Shown here: piece by piece, positions 38,601 through 50,823 of the stretch
Numbering within the stretch: position 1 is the first letter of the stretch
Layout of the letters: the number at the start of each line of letters is the position of its first letter
Source of the DNA: Balamuthia mandrillaris
Lineage: Eukaryota
Assembly (NCBI GenBank): GCA_031835245.2
Contig: JAVKOQ020000001.1
Span: 682,001-746,000, forward strand
DNA length: 64,000 nt
Direction of reading: 5' to 3'
Position numbers and translations under genes: made by a program
Notes under the pieces: model-generated
Told to the model about the DNA's origin: nothing
Databases searched by the model: none
Seen by the model: the letters and a program-made list of their open reading frames with translations, nothing else

Positions 38601-41149
38601 CTTTGTTGATTGCGGTAATCACTACAAAAGTTTGCTTCGCATTCTTTTCTGGTGCGTCCTTTTGTTTTTGAGAGAATGCGGAAGGGTGACCTGTAAGCAG
38701 CAACAGATGCATCAAGTACAGCAGGTCTTTCCGTGTTGCAAATGAGCTGTCATCAACCAAAGGGAGGTAAGTTAGTGCCTTTAACAAAAATAACATCCCA
38801 ACAACTTAAGTGTGCGAGAGTAAGAGAGACTGAGAGAGAGAGAGCAGAGAGCAGAGAGCAGAGAGCAGAGAGCAGAGAGCAGAGAGCAGAGAGCAGAGAG
38901 CAGAGAGCAGAGCAGAGAGCAGAGAGCAGAGAGCAGAGAGCAGAGAGCAGAGAGCAGAGAGCAGAGAGCAGAGAGCAGAGAGCAGAGAGCAGAGAGCAGA
39001 GAGATGGGGAAAGAAGGGCGTACGCAATGATTGATATATTTTCGGTGACAAGGGTCCACAACGCTGTAGGATAATTGTTGGGAGTGATGGATGGGAGTTG
39101 CCCGTCCCACTCTTCGGAAACCAAAAGTTTTTTCTGCGCTACAGCATAATCACAACCCAGCATTGTTCTGAGCTCATCGAAGAGTCTTGCTACTATCACG
39201 TCTATTTCTTTGCGTAACGGAGAGGAATCAGGTTCTTCCAAAGCATGCTTTGATGCACTTTGGATAGCATGTAACGCAAACGCAGCGTGCAACAATCGCA
39301 AACGATGCACGCTCACATTGTCCTTAAATGAAAATAAAACAGTCAACAACAGGATGTGAAGAAAGCATAGACATAAAGAAAAGCGAGAGAGAGAGAGAGA
39401 GAGAGAGCAAACCATCACGAAACGAAGGCAAATCGAATGAGGAATGTAGCTGTGGTCTAGGTATTGAAGGACGTCAAAGAGGGTGAGCGAAGCAAACGAT
39501 TGTTCCGGTTGTCGTAAGATCGTGAAAAGGGACGGAGGGCCACTGCCCGGTGACAGCGCCAAAGCGATCGCTGCTTTGTTCTTTGCAGTTGGAAACTGAA
39601 GACAGCGCTGTCGTAGGTTCATTAACGCATTATACATGTTAAATGCACTGCAAAGAATATTCCTGAACATAACAAAACAGTATATTTAGCATGTAGATAG
39701 ACAGAGAGAGAGAGAGAGAGTACCCATTAGCTTGTCGATAATCCATTCGAGCAGAAATCGGTGTCACGGAAGAAGTGCTATCGCCTTCATTTGCTGCCTC
39801 TCTTTTTCGTTTCTTTCCATTACTGTTTTTTCCTTCCAAAGTAGTTCGCGCCGAAACCGGAAGAAGCTCGGCGAGACAATACTTGAAGAGCGGAGCCAAA
39901 ATGGAGACAAAAGCCTTATCCACCAACGTGAAAAGAGCATACGAGTTGCTGTCCACCAAATAGACGGAGCGAACAAATGCCACAAAAACAGTTGACGCTT
40001 GAGAAAGAGCGTGAGCCTTTCTCTTGAGATGGCCTGTGATCGCGTCCTCTCCTTTGCCGTTGTTCTTCTTTCTTTGTTTCTTTTGCTGTTGCGGATTTTG
40101 TTGTTGAACATCCTCCATCAAAACTTCCACGTGACCAATTGACAGATGTTCCATGAAGAGCTGCCAAAGAAACGGAACGCTGGCGACTGGCAGTTGCGTA
40201 ATGCTCGTGCAGAAGCAATGCATAAACGGAGCAGAACTAAAGATAGAGTGATCCTCTTCAGCGTTGTAACCATCCCCTTTGTGGCTTGTTGTGGAGTAAG
40301 TTTGTTGTTGAGCGTCTGCGATGGCCGCAAAAAGGTTGTCAAGAAATTTATCGAATTGACGAAGCTTTCCGTATGTGGTAGATGCTGTCATTGCAAAATC
40401 TAAACATTCTTTTGGAAGAAAAGGAGGAGGAAGTTTGGTTTTGTGCAGTTGTTGAAACCATGGAACCTTGCAGAGCACTGAGAACAAGCGTTGCAGGTGT
40501 GGTTCCACGCTGAGGTGCTCCAGCTGAAGCAAGTGGCTCAAGTTTTCATAGAGTGATGCCACATCATCTGTGATAGGTGTGTAAAGATTAAGAATGGAGA
40601 GGGAAGAACAGAAAGACTAGTCAAACCAATTAAAGACGCAGTTGAATCGTTGCCAGTGAGTTCGTATGTCCCTGTAGCAGAAAAAGGCTCCAGAGCACGA
40701 GAAAGAAGGTTGACGTCAGTGCTAGCCATTCCGGACAAGAATGACAGCTGTTGCTTGTCTTCTGTATCTTGGGTAGCTTTGTAGACATTGAACTCCTGCA
40801 ACGCCACCAATAGAAGAGTGGAAGCACGTACGGCAGTCGCTATCCTTTCTCCTTTTTTCGTTTGCTTCTTGTTGGCGTCCGAAAAGAAAGAGGCGACCAA
40901 GGAATATAATTCCTGAAAGAAGTGAAAGCCAATATGTTTGTCATCTTCTTCGTCTCCGCTATTGTGATCTGTTGCATCCGCTGGAAGAGAAGTGCTAGCG
41001 GAACCTCCTTTGCGCTTTTGAGCTTCCTGTGCATTTCTAGCTACCAATACTCGCAAAAACAACCGCAGAAGCAACGACAGTCCATTCAATGCTGTGTTAA
41101 AAAGGAAGGCATGTCAGAAGGCAAACAAGAGGTTGAAAGTACAAGCGAA

Positions 41150-41186
<37 letters not shown>

Positions 41187-42491
41187 ACCAATGCTCTTGT
41201 CTACAGGAAATGTATTGACAACTTGGGTGCGTCGCTCAGCTTCCTCTTGGTTGTGTTTTTGCTTCTTCGTGTTGGCTTTCCTGTTCACATCATAATTTTC
41301 ATTGCTGCCACAAACATCGTTGAGGAGGGAGCGAAGTCTATCAAAGAGCAATTTGAAGTAATTGCTAATAAGACTACCGTAATACACTCCTCCTTTAGCT
41401 TTCTTGTTCTTCTTTCCTTGTGGCTGCTTCTGGAGGGATGGATTGCCTTCGTTCTCTTTCTTATTCCATGTGAATGCCAACGCATAGTCGTTGATATGAG
41501 CAGCAGGAAACAGCGTTTGTATTAACACGTCATCAAGCAGCCTTTTCAACTCCTCCTTTCTATCGCCACTCTCCTTCTCTTCTTCTCGTTGGTTCTCTTG
41601 CTGTTGGTTCTTGATCTTTGCTTCGCTTTGTAACGATGGAGGAGATAAAGAGAGATGCAACGCTAATAGTTCCGGCAGCAGCTTGTCCACAACCAACGTA
41701 AAGACCTTCTTGTGGTTCGAAGCGGGGCGTGATATCTCCAAAAACGTTGTTAGCGCGCTGCACGCCAACTTTATCGAACTACGAAACTTTTGGTTCTTCT
41801 CCTTCTCTTCCTCTGCCTCTTCTTCCTCTCCATTCTGTTTGTTGTCGTCTTTGAGAAGCAGCAAAAGTCCACGCAACAGTTGAAGAAGAAAAGGAGCATA
41901 GCCCTCCAACGTCGGACGAAAGCAGAAGGAGAACTTCTCAAAGAGAAGCGTAAACACCTCCAACAGCACTTCCGCGCTCGCTCTTTCATCACCGCCAGAA
42001 GAAGGGGCGGAGCACAGAAAGAAGAAAGCGGAGGAGAGAAGGCGAAGCAAATCGTTCGTCGGAAGAGAGAGCAGCGACGTGGCCGGCTGCGACGAGAGGA
42101 TGCTGTGGCAAAGTTCCCAATAGGCAGCTGCCACAAAAGCAGGAGACTCCTCAGACTGTTCTCCCTCTCCCTTCTTTGCGCTTTGGACTTGTTCCACAAC
42201 GGACGAAGAAGAAGTGCGATGCCGTTTTTCAGAGTGGGTCATGAGGGAGAGAGCCCATTGCAGCAAGAAGGAGGCTTTGTTGGGCAGAACCAGCTCTGGG
42301 CTTTGGTAGAAGCGAAGGGCCAGCACCACTTTCTCTTGCTCCGCTGTGTGCTTGCTCTTCAGTCGCTCCACCACGTGGCGCGTAGTGAGTCGTTGCGATT
42401 CATCCTTTTGCAGTGTCATAGCCTCCGACACTGAAGAAGAAGAAGAAGAAGAAGAAGAAGAACAAGAAGAAGCGGCACTGTGCCAATCCAT
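35697..42491 (-). CDS. URB2: URB2/Npa2 nucleolar ribosome biogenesis protein, multi-exon (start could be 42491, 42545-42548 or 42593)
   Basis: N-terminal EKVVLA..LVLPNKASFLLQW and C-terminal Urb2 domain ARLLEEL..FNKYTGFLLSHYI..LMPGIYSLLDVC..KAIFKKLYEEYSKEWKFSGKV*. Confidence 0.88.
38833..39003. repeat. (AGAGAGC)n heptamer microsatellite in URB2 intron
   Basis: Visible repeat with the same unit as 2807-2948. Confidence 0.95.
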
Positions 42492-42807
42492 CGCGTTGTG
42501 GATAAAGTTTTTCTTTCTCTCGCGTTTGGCGGAGTTGTGCTTCATCATCTGTTCTCTCTGGGCCGCTTGGTGTGGTACGGTTGATCGTTGCATGCAACGA
42601 CGCAGCTTTCTTGCGGTAGGATGCTAATGGTGAAGAAGGCGTCGTCGGCTGCTTCTTTTCGTGTGTGCCCTGGGAGGATTTCTCCTCCTTCTCCTCCTTC
42701 CGTTGCCTCTGTTTTTTTTTTGTAACTTTTTGGTTGTCTGGCTAATAGCTTCACCAACCTCTTAGGTAGCGGCGTATATATGCTCGCGTCGTCCCGTGGA
42801 AGGCCAC

Positions 42808-42849
<42 letters not shown>

Positions 42850-42965
42850 GAGAGAAGAGAGAGAGAGAGAGTGAGAGAGTGAGAGTTGCCAAGAAGCAAT
42901 GAGGGGGAGGAGAAATAAATAGAGTGTTTATCATATTCTAACAATTGAAAGATGAAAGAGAGATG

Positions 42966-43004
<39 letters not shown>

Positions 43005-43033
43005 AGAGTGTGTCACAAAAAAAAAGAGAGAAG

Positions 43034-44486
43034 CTATTTGGATATAACAACATAGCAACCCTCTCGTTCGAGCAGTAGTTGCACGTCATCGTGGCTCATG
43101 TCAAGCTCTTTTTCAACAAGAACAATGATAAGAGAGAGATAGATATAGAGAGAGTGAGGTAGAGATAGAGAGATTCAAACCACAACATATCTCATCGAAA
43201 CAATGTTTGCCATCAAATAGTCTGGTCAGGTTATTGATACAAAAGGATTAAACCTTTGCCCTCAACGGTAGAAAGATGAAAGGGATTTACACTTACTTTA
43301 GGTACCGCTCATTCAACCGTTTGTTTCTTTTATCAACGCGCATCATATTGGGTGACGAGTAAAGTGGATATTTGTGAATTCGTCGTATCAGTCCGTTTAT
43401 CACTCCAAATGTAATGAAACATCTGTGTCAGATACAAAACAAGCATTGCGGATGAGAAAAAAGCTATAATTAGAAATAAGAGAGCTTCCATTCTTACCTG
43501 TCGTCAATGTTAAGGGCATAGGTTTGGTAGTCTTGACAAAATTGGCGTAAGGGGAGGCCTGGCCGCAGTGCGCAGTACAAGTTCATCACAGTTGAAAACT
43601 TTGGCATTGGTCGTCCTTTGGTTGTTGAGAGAGAGAGGGGGAGAGAGAGAGAGAGAGAGAGATGAGAAAAATGCATTTAGCTGTTGTGCTAAGTATTCCA
43701 TTACGCGTAGGTGTAAAAAGGAGGTAGGAAGTTTAAGTCAAACACCTGTTATAGTAATGTATCGCAAACATTCCTTTTGCATGATTCTATTTTTGGCTAG
43801 TTCGTAGATTTGAGGCGTACAGTGGTACTCATTCGAGTACTTCATTTGGAATAAAAGGGAAGCGGTTGTGAGTGACTGAGAATGAGAGAGAGAGAGAGAG
43901 AGAGAGGGAGAAGAGTTGGCGCTATATACCTGAAAAACGTCCACTATCACAATACACTTATAGTACCTGTTGGTAGTTTACTTGCGGGTTAAAGAATGCA
44001 AAACGGAAAGAGAAATGAGATACAGAAGAAACGAGACATACAACAGATGCCGTAAGCATTCAACCACAAGGTCCGGATGAACTCCAGATGCTTTTGCGAT
44101 CTTCTTTACGTGCCGTATCCCGTCAATCCATGGTATCACCTATGTACGCAATTTTAGCGTATATAAGATACGTGTTTAGTTTAAATGGAGGTACAAAGAC
44201 AAAAAAGACGAGGTGCAACAACACAAACCATTCGGACGGTCAAGTCTATTTCGTCTCGGTAAAGTTCGCGCATATCCTTTATTTGTACAGGCACCTTTGT
44301 TGGGAGAGAGAGAGAGAGAGAGAGAACAGATGGAAAAAATGAGTTAGTCTACAATTGCAGAGGCATACAACAAAAACAGAAATACGTTACTTGGTACATA
44401 TGCACCTCGGGAGGAGGTGGCAGGTGGTGGAAGAGTTTCACTCGAATAACATTTGCCTCATCTATTTTGGTGTAAACTTTAGCGAG

Positions 44487-44528
<42 letters not shown>

Positions 44529-45820
44529 ATGCACTGATTGGAATAGTGGCTTCTTCGTAATTGTTCAGGTCAGAGTAGATCTGCTCAATGACTTCACGCA
44601 AGCGACGGTCATCCTGTCGCTGAGAAAGAAATTGGCTTTCGCACTATTTCATGTGTTCAAAATTTAGAGGTTGCTCATAATACCGATAACTGAAAGAGAG
44701 AGCAAGAGAGAGTGAGAGAGAAAGAGAGAGAGAGAGACCTCTAAAGCAATAAAGGTATTGGCAAGCTTCTTGATAACCATCTCGTAGGGTTGAAGGTCCT
44801 CTGTCCCTTGATCAAAGAGAAAGCAGAGGTTGAACAAAAACGCATTACGGTCGAACCGAGGATGCTCCAAGCACACCGGATAGCCCATTACCACATGCTG
44901 GAAAACGTTTCTATTTATCACAATGAAGAGGAGATAAAAGGAAGCATAGGTTGAGAGAAGAGAGAATAAGAGAAGGTGCATAGAAGTGAGAGGAGAAGAG
45001 AAAGATAGGGTACATAGAAAGGAGTTTGCCGGATACTTGCGGCTTTGTAATGATGTAGTCGGAAACCGCCTCAAAGGCATCCTGCGAAAACACACTGCGA
45101 AAAGAACCAACAAACACCACCAAAAAAAAAGGAATAACAATAACCATCCCGTGTTCATTCATCTCATCAGTTCAACCGCTCTCGCCGCCACAAAAAAAAA
45201 GAAACACAGAGGAAGAGAAGAAAAGAAGGAAGGGTACTAAACTTGGGAGGGTACTGGTAGGTGATCTTGGGGCCAGCAATAATGTCAAACTCTGCATAAA
45301 TGATGCCCTTCAGCTTATTTTGCTGGGAAGAAGAACGAGTAGCAGCAGAAGCGGCATTGGAGGGCGATGTTGCGCTGAGTGGCGTTGTGGTTGTGGTGGC
45401 TGCTTTGGAAGAACTGCCGCTGCTGCCACCCGAAGAGCGAAGAGAGGAAGAAGAAGGGGAGGGGGAAGAGGCCGTCGGCCACGAGGCTAGCGCCGAGGAA
45501 CTGCTGCAGCGCCGCTTTGGTTGTTGCGCGCGGTACAAGGCTGAAGGAGAAGAGGAGACGGAGGTTGAGGGAGAGGAGGAAGAGGAGGCTACAGTTGGCG
45601 AAGGGGGGGACGAAAAGGTGAATATTTTCTTTCTCTCTGCGGAGATCGATGGCCACTTACTACCCCGCTCCTCTTCTGCTTCCTCCTCCTCTTCCTCCTC
45701 GACTCTCTCGTCGTCGTCCATCTCCGTGGCGATCAAGCCAGCCTCTGCCAAGCCAAAGATAACCTCCACCCCTATCCCCACGGTTTCATAGCCGAGCCTT
45801 GCGCTCTCTTCCTCCATCAT
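43034..45820 (-). CDS. NPRL2: NPRL2/NPR2, GATOR1 complex subunit, many short exons
   Basis: IIYAEFDIIAGPKITYQYP, FEAVSDYIITKPQ, VMGYPVCLEHPRFDRNAFLFNLCF, VIKKLA and RRIHKYP; terminal CYVVISK* at 43034. Confidence 0.93.
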
Positions 45821-46096
45821 TTCTCTCTCCTTGCTTTGCTCTCGTTGTTGTGTTTGTTCTTAGGAAGGGCTGGAGAGAGGACAAGAGAGCAGACAAGAGA
45901 TATGGGAGGGGCTTTGCTAAATGCTGCCCCCTCTTCTGCCCCCTTCATTTCTCTTATCTCCCCCAACCGGACCGCCGTTGTTGCGCTGGTGTTCTCCCCT
46001 GTTGCTGTTGCTGGCTCTGGTGGATGGGTGGTGGAAGGGAACAGGGAAGAAGGACGGGAGAACGAAGAGAAGAATGTAACACGAAGTGGACTAGTA

Positions 46097-46127
<31 letters not shown>

Positions 46128-46135
46128 ATGGTTGG

Positions 46136-47329
46136 TTAGTTAGCGGGTTTTCTGGCCAAGTGGAAGAACATGGGGGTGAAGATGCCAAGCTCTCCTCCCC
46201 TAACCAAGGAAACTGCTGCGGTCTGCAAGAACTCGCTCACGCCGGTGGTACCCTTGGGCACCAAGCCGACCTTCTCAAAGACGCCCAAGACCTTGAGCAT
46301 GCTAGCCTTGCCCCAAGAGGTGAACTGGATGCGGGAGGGGGTGAGGCCAGGGGTGAGGTAGTGGAACCAGGGGAGGTTGTAGGCGTCGCCACGGGGGTCG
46401 TTCTGGCCGTCCCTGCCCACCGCAACGTCGTAGCTGTCCACGATCTCAAAGCCGGCCTGCTTGAGGGCGTCCAGCACCTCCTCGCAGGTGGCGATGTCCG
46501 GGAGACCGTCTCCCTCCTCGATGCCCTTCTTGATGGCCACGTGCTCGGGGTTGGTGGGGTCGTAGAGGGGAGTAAGGCACCACTCGTAGCCGCCAAAGAG
46601 CTGACCGGGCTTCAGCACGCGGAAGATCTCGCGGTAGCAGGCCACCTTGTCGGGAGCGTGAGCCGTGGCCTCGATCTGGTAGACGCTGTCGAAGCTTTCA
46701 TCCTCAAACGGCAGCTTCATGAAGTCTCCCTTTTAAAAAAACACCAAGAGTTTTGAGACATGGAAGGAAGAACGCATATAACCACGAACGAAAGCAGCAA
46801 CAAAGGAAGAAAGAAAGAAACGAAAAAAAGAAAGGAAAGAACAGAAAACAAAACAAAACAAAAACTATAAAGCACAAACCTGCACAAACCTAACGAGCGG
46901 GGAAAGTCCTTGCTTCTGCGAAATCAGAGTAGCCCGATCCACTTGATACTTGTTCAGAGTGATACCGGTTACGTGGGCCTCCGAGAAACGGGCAATGCTG
47001 CGGGCCGGGCCGCCCACCCCGCAGCCCACGTCCAGCACCCTCATCCCCCGCTGCAAGTCCAGGCGGTGCGCCAGGTAGTGCTCGTGGCGGGAGATGGCCT
47101 GGTAAAAGTTCTCGCAGCGGGCCTGGATGGCAAAGTGGAAGGAGCTGCCCCAGCCCCACTCGTAAAAGTCGGTGGCCAGGTTGTAGTACTGGTTCACCAT
47201 GGTGGCGTAGCCGCTCTTGCGCTCCGCGGAGTGGTCCTCCTTCTTGTCGTCGTGGTAGTGGAGGTAGCTCTTGACCTCTCCCTCCACCTTGCTCGCATCG
47301 ATCGACTTTACGGTGGTTCCGATTTCCAT
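46136..47329 (-). CDS. SMT1: Sterol C-24 methyltransferase (SMT/ERG6), 2 exons
   Basis: YYNLATDFYEWGWGSSFHFA, LDVGCGVGGPAR, GDFMKLPF, IEATAHAP and YREIFRVLKPG; intron at about 46729-46878. Confidence 0.97.
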
Positions 47330-47753
47330 TATGTGTGTATGTGTTATAGGAAGGGGGGGCAGAAGAAGCAAGAGGGAGGTGTTGTTGCGGGGGTTTTTTT
47401 TTGTTTGGGTTACGCTCTCGCCGCGACGTCCAGCACAAATAAAAACGGAACAACACTGGAAAATAAAAAAGCAAAAGAGACCGAGGAAGGAGGAGGGCAA
47501 GAGGAAAACGGCCGCCGTACGGTTGCAGCGGACGTTACCGCTAACCACAAAGGGGCGGCGTCCATAATCAGCCGAAAAGGAAAGTGAAGCGCAGCCCTTT
47601 CCGTTGCCCATTGCCCCAGGCTTACCTATTAGGATAGAATTGAAATTACCATTATAGAGTAGTGACGCATATAATGAGTATTTTAGGAAATCCTGACGTC
47701 AAGTTATTTAACTGCCCAATTCACCCGCACAGAAGAAAAGTAGAAAACAGGAA

Positions 47754-48619
47754 ATGGAGAAGCCAGAAGCCACCAACGCAGCTGCTGCATCCAGCCAACA
47801 ACAAGAGGAGGAGCACGGCAGGACACTATACACTGGAACAGCAGTGCTGTTTCGCTGGTACCCTAAAGAAGAAGAATGGCTCAAGATCAGCCGCGGCAAG
47901 CTTCGCCTCCTCGACTTTGGCTCTGACCGCTACGTTGTGAGCTTCCACGAGCAAGGCACCGGCAAGCTCAGAGCCCACTACAACGTGGCCAACCGCTTCG
48001 CCAGCATGGCCCTGAGCCGTCACCCTCAAGGCCGCACTGTTCACCACCGCTGCCTCGATTTCAGCGGGGAGGCCCCGCAGGAACGCCGCGTGGCCTACCA
48101 ATTCCCCTCCGAGGAGGAGATGGAGCAATTCGAGAAGAGCTATCAGACCGTTTGGGACACCACTCCCTCCAGAGAGATCACCGTCAAGGACCTCATCGAT
48201 GACCTCATCGTGGAGCCCGGCAAAGGGGTCATCACCTTCCGCCATCAGCCCAAGTCAGGAGGAGGGGAGGAGCAGTTTGTGGTGGCGGACTTGGACGCTC
48301 AGGGCAGGTTCCACCTCATTGCCACCAACGAAGTGGCCGACACTCCCACACGCTTTGTGGAGAAGGCCCTCCACCAGATCCATGTAACGAGAGGGCCTGG
48401 CAATGGATGGATGCAGGCCCTCTATAAAGGCCAATCCCTTGGTCACTGGTAATTTATCCTTCTCTCCCTCTCTTTCTCACCCTTCTAAATTTTCTCACAA
48501 TTTGCTTTCCTAATTGTTATGATAGGCGCCAAGTGTACTTGCAGAGACAGCGACCAGACCTGCATGGTGCCCCTGCCTCCGAACAAGAAAGCAAGGTCGC
48601 CAAGAAGCTCGAGTTTTGA
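47754..48619 (+). CDS. Divergent Ran-binding domain (RanBP1-type PH fold) fused to a RAMA-like domain, 2 exons
   Basis: LFRW..EEW....GKLRLL..TGKLRAHY..DFSGEAPQ..AYQF.SEEEMEQF resembles RanBD. ITVKDLIDD.IVEPGKGVI..ADLDAQGRF..TPTRF..GNGWMQALYKGQSL..WRQVYL resembles RAMA. Intron at about 48449-48525. Confidence 0.75.
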
Positions 48620-48945
48620 GCTCCTTTTTTCGTAATCTCTCTCATCCCTTTCATTATCTCTTTTCTGCACTGTAAACAACGCCAGCAACTTGCATAAATA
48701 AAGAGTATGGCTCCACACACCCTTTTTAAATATAAAAAAAACTTTTTATTTCTACTGATACAAGTGAGTGAAAAAAAAGTTAATGCTCTGGAGTGGAACA
48801 AAACTGAGTTATTGTAGTTTAAGGGGGGACTGGTTGGTGAATGGTTTTTCTTATTGTTTTGTGGCGAAGAAGGAAAGGACGATGATACAAAAGAGAGACT
48901 AAAAAATCAAAAACAAAACTAAGCGCTCAAAGGCGCTGATCGCTT

Positions 48946-50823
48946 TTAGAAGGAAGTGGTGGAGGAAGATGAGGAGACATTACTTGTCTCCTCCATTTCG
49001 TTGGACGAGGTACTCGTCGTGGTGGTATTGGCAGAAGAGGCAGCGAGTGACGGTCGCCTCTGTGTGGTCATGTTTGTGGTTGTTGGGATGCGCGGAATGG
49101 CCGAACGATATGTACAAAAGAGGGCGTTAGGCTTGTTGACAGATGGATGAGGAAGACGGCCCGAAGAAGAAGCAGAGAGATAGGAGGCGGCGGCTGCGGC
49201 GGCAGCTGTTGCGTTGGCATGAGTACTATTGTGAGGGTGCAAGTGGCTTGGAAACAGAGGAGCAGCGCCCTGCCTACCAGCAACAACCGTAGGTTGTCGT
49301 TGAGTGGTAGGATGATGAACGTGGTGATGGTAGTGGTGAAAGTGGTAGTGAGTCCTGTTCTCCTGACGGGTTACGGTGCTAGACGAGCTCTGAGGATGAG
49401 GAGCATGTGTCTGCGCATGAGCATGGGCATGAGCGTGCAAGAAGCGAGGATGGGTCTGCGGAGGGCGTGTATGGGCAATGGAATGCCTTCGCGCGAGGTA
49501 GTAGGGGTTGAGAGTGATGCGTCTGTTGACAACAAGGCGAGGTTGTGGGTCAGCAGCGGCAGTAGCGCCGTTGTTGGTCGCCGAAGTGTTTTGTGATGAA
49601 GAAGGGTAGAGCAGGTTGAGCAAAGGAGCAGGGCCAAACACGTTCTGTGGGGAGCAGACCATGCCCTCCTTCCATTGTCCCTCATATCGAAGAACGCCGC
49701 CCTCGCGCCACGAGCCAAAGCCATGCAGAACGCCGTGTTTGTACTCTCCCTCCCACACGTCCATGTATTCGTCACCTTTAAGACCTCCATCGCTGAAGTA
49801 GACCTCCATGCCGTAGCCGTGCAGCTCTCCGTTCAGGAACTCTCCGCAAGAGAAGTACTTGCCTCTCATCTTGGGAGGAGAGGCGCCCTCCACGAGGCGA
49901 CCCACGCAGCGTCCTTTGCGTTCCAGCAGATGTTTGCTGCGGTAGGTACAGGCGTAGCAGCGGTAGAGCCACTCCCAGGACTTGCCAAAGCGTTCGTGGT
50001 GGCGGTTGGGAAGCACCTTGAACCTCCGCTTACAGCGCTCCTTCCAAGCAATATCAGAGCAACCCAACTCAAAGAGCTGCCGACAGGTCGCCCTCAGCAC
50101 GCAGAGCTCCTTAGGGGAGAGGAAGCTGAATATGTGAAGCAGCATCTCGGTGGAGAGCACGCAGAGAATGCCCATCTCTGTGGGGAAGGGCGTTTGCTTG
50201 TGGGCCAGGAAGGAGGCAAAGCCGTTAAGCGTCTCCAAACGTTTCACCACCGCCTGCAGCTCCTGAGATACCAGAGGGAAGAGAGCGGCCGCTCCATCGA
50301 GCTCGCGCGTGGAGTGGACCAGCTTCAGTATGCTCTGTATGTTCTTAAGGGACTCCGACTCGGCAGAGTGTCTACGTTGAAGGTGGCACGGAACGGAAAA
50401 AGAAGGAAGGAACGAGGAGAGAAGAACGGGTTGGGATTGGCCGCTCTCTCCTTGCTCTGGTTTTTCCAGTTCTTGTGTTGGCTTGTGCTCTTCCTCCGTC
50501 CGTGCGTCGTTCTCCAGTTTTCTTCGTTTGTGCTGTAAGGGCGTTTGTGCGTCGGTTGGTTGTGTTTGTTGAAGTTGTTGTGTGGGTGGCTTGTCGTCAC
50601 GTTCATGAGCGCTCGTCACATGGTTTTTCCTCTTTCTGTCGCAGTTCAACACTTGAAGTTTCCTCTTCAAGAGCAAGTTTTGGGTAGTGGAAGATGAAGA
50701 CGAGGAACTCGGTTCCTGTTCCTGCTGTGCGGTGGAAGAGGTAGAAGTGGTGGTGGTGGAGGAAGCCACCCAACTGGGAAGGCCGTGGTGGCTTGTGCTT
50801 GCAAAAGAAGGTTCTATCTCCAT
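48946..50823 (-). CDS. F-box and MORN-repeat protein, intronless
   Basis: LSTEMLLHIFSFLSPKELCVLRATCRQL..WK (F-box), then GEFLNGELHGYG, WEGEYKHGVLHGFG and YEGQWKEG (MORN repeats). Confidence 0.88.
   Translation of the reverse strand: MEIEPSFASTSHHGLPSWVASSTTTTSTSSTAQQEQEPSSSSSSSTTQNLLLKRKLQVLNCDRKRKNHVTSAHERDDKPPTQQLQQTQPTDAQTPLQHKRRKLENDARTEEEHKPTQELEKPEQGESGQSQPVLLSSFLPSFSVPCHLQRRHSAESESLKNIQSILKLVHSTRELDGAAALFPLVSQELQAVVKRLETLNGFASFLAHKQTPFPTEMGILCVLSTEMLLHIFSFLSPKELCVLRATCRQLFELGCSDIAWKERCKRRFKVLPNRHHERFGKSWEWLYRCYACTYRSKHLLERKGRCVGRLVEGASPPKMRGKYFSCGEFLNGELHGYGMEVYFSDGGLKGDEYMDVWEGEYKHGVLHGFGSWREGGVLRYEGQWKEGMVCSPQNVFGPAPLLNLLYPSSSQNTSATNNGATAAADPQPRLVVNRRITLNPYYLARRHSIAHTRPPQTHPRFLHAHAHAHAQTHAPHPQSSSSTVTRQENRTHYHFHHYHHHVHHPTTQRQPTVVAGRQGAAPLFPSHLHPHNSTHANATAAAAAAASYLSASSSGRLPHPSVNKPNALFCTYRSAIPRIPTTTNMTTQRRPSLAASSANTTTTSTSSNEMEETSNVSSSSSTTSF

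Noticed and set aside
42545..42934. Extra gene or NPRL2 terminal exon between NPRL2 and URB2
   Set aside because: NPRL2 already ends at a family-like terminus (CYVVISK*, 43034). The ORF starts in microsatellite and has no recognisable domain, so it is probably UTR or promoter.
43034..45300. Pseudogene or alternative genetic code suggested by fragmented ORFs
   Set aside because: The fragments I traced join in frame through ordinary GT-AG introns under the standard code.
45836..47587. Long plus-strand ORFs overlapping SMT (and similar antisense ORFs over the PPR and F-box genes)
   Set aside because: These are shadow ORFs caused by high GC3 codon bias on the opposite strand.
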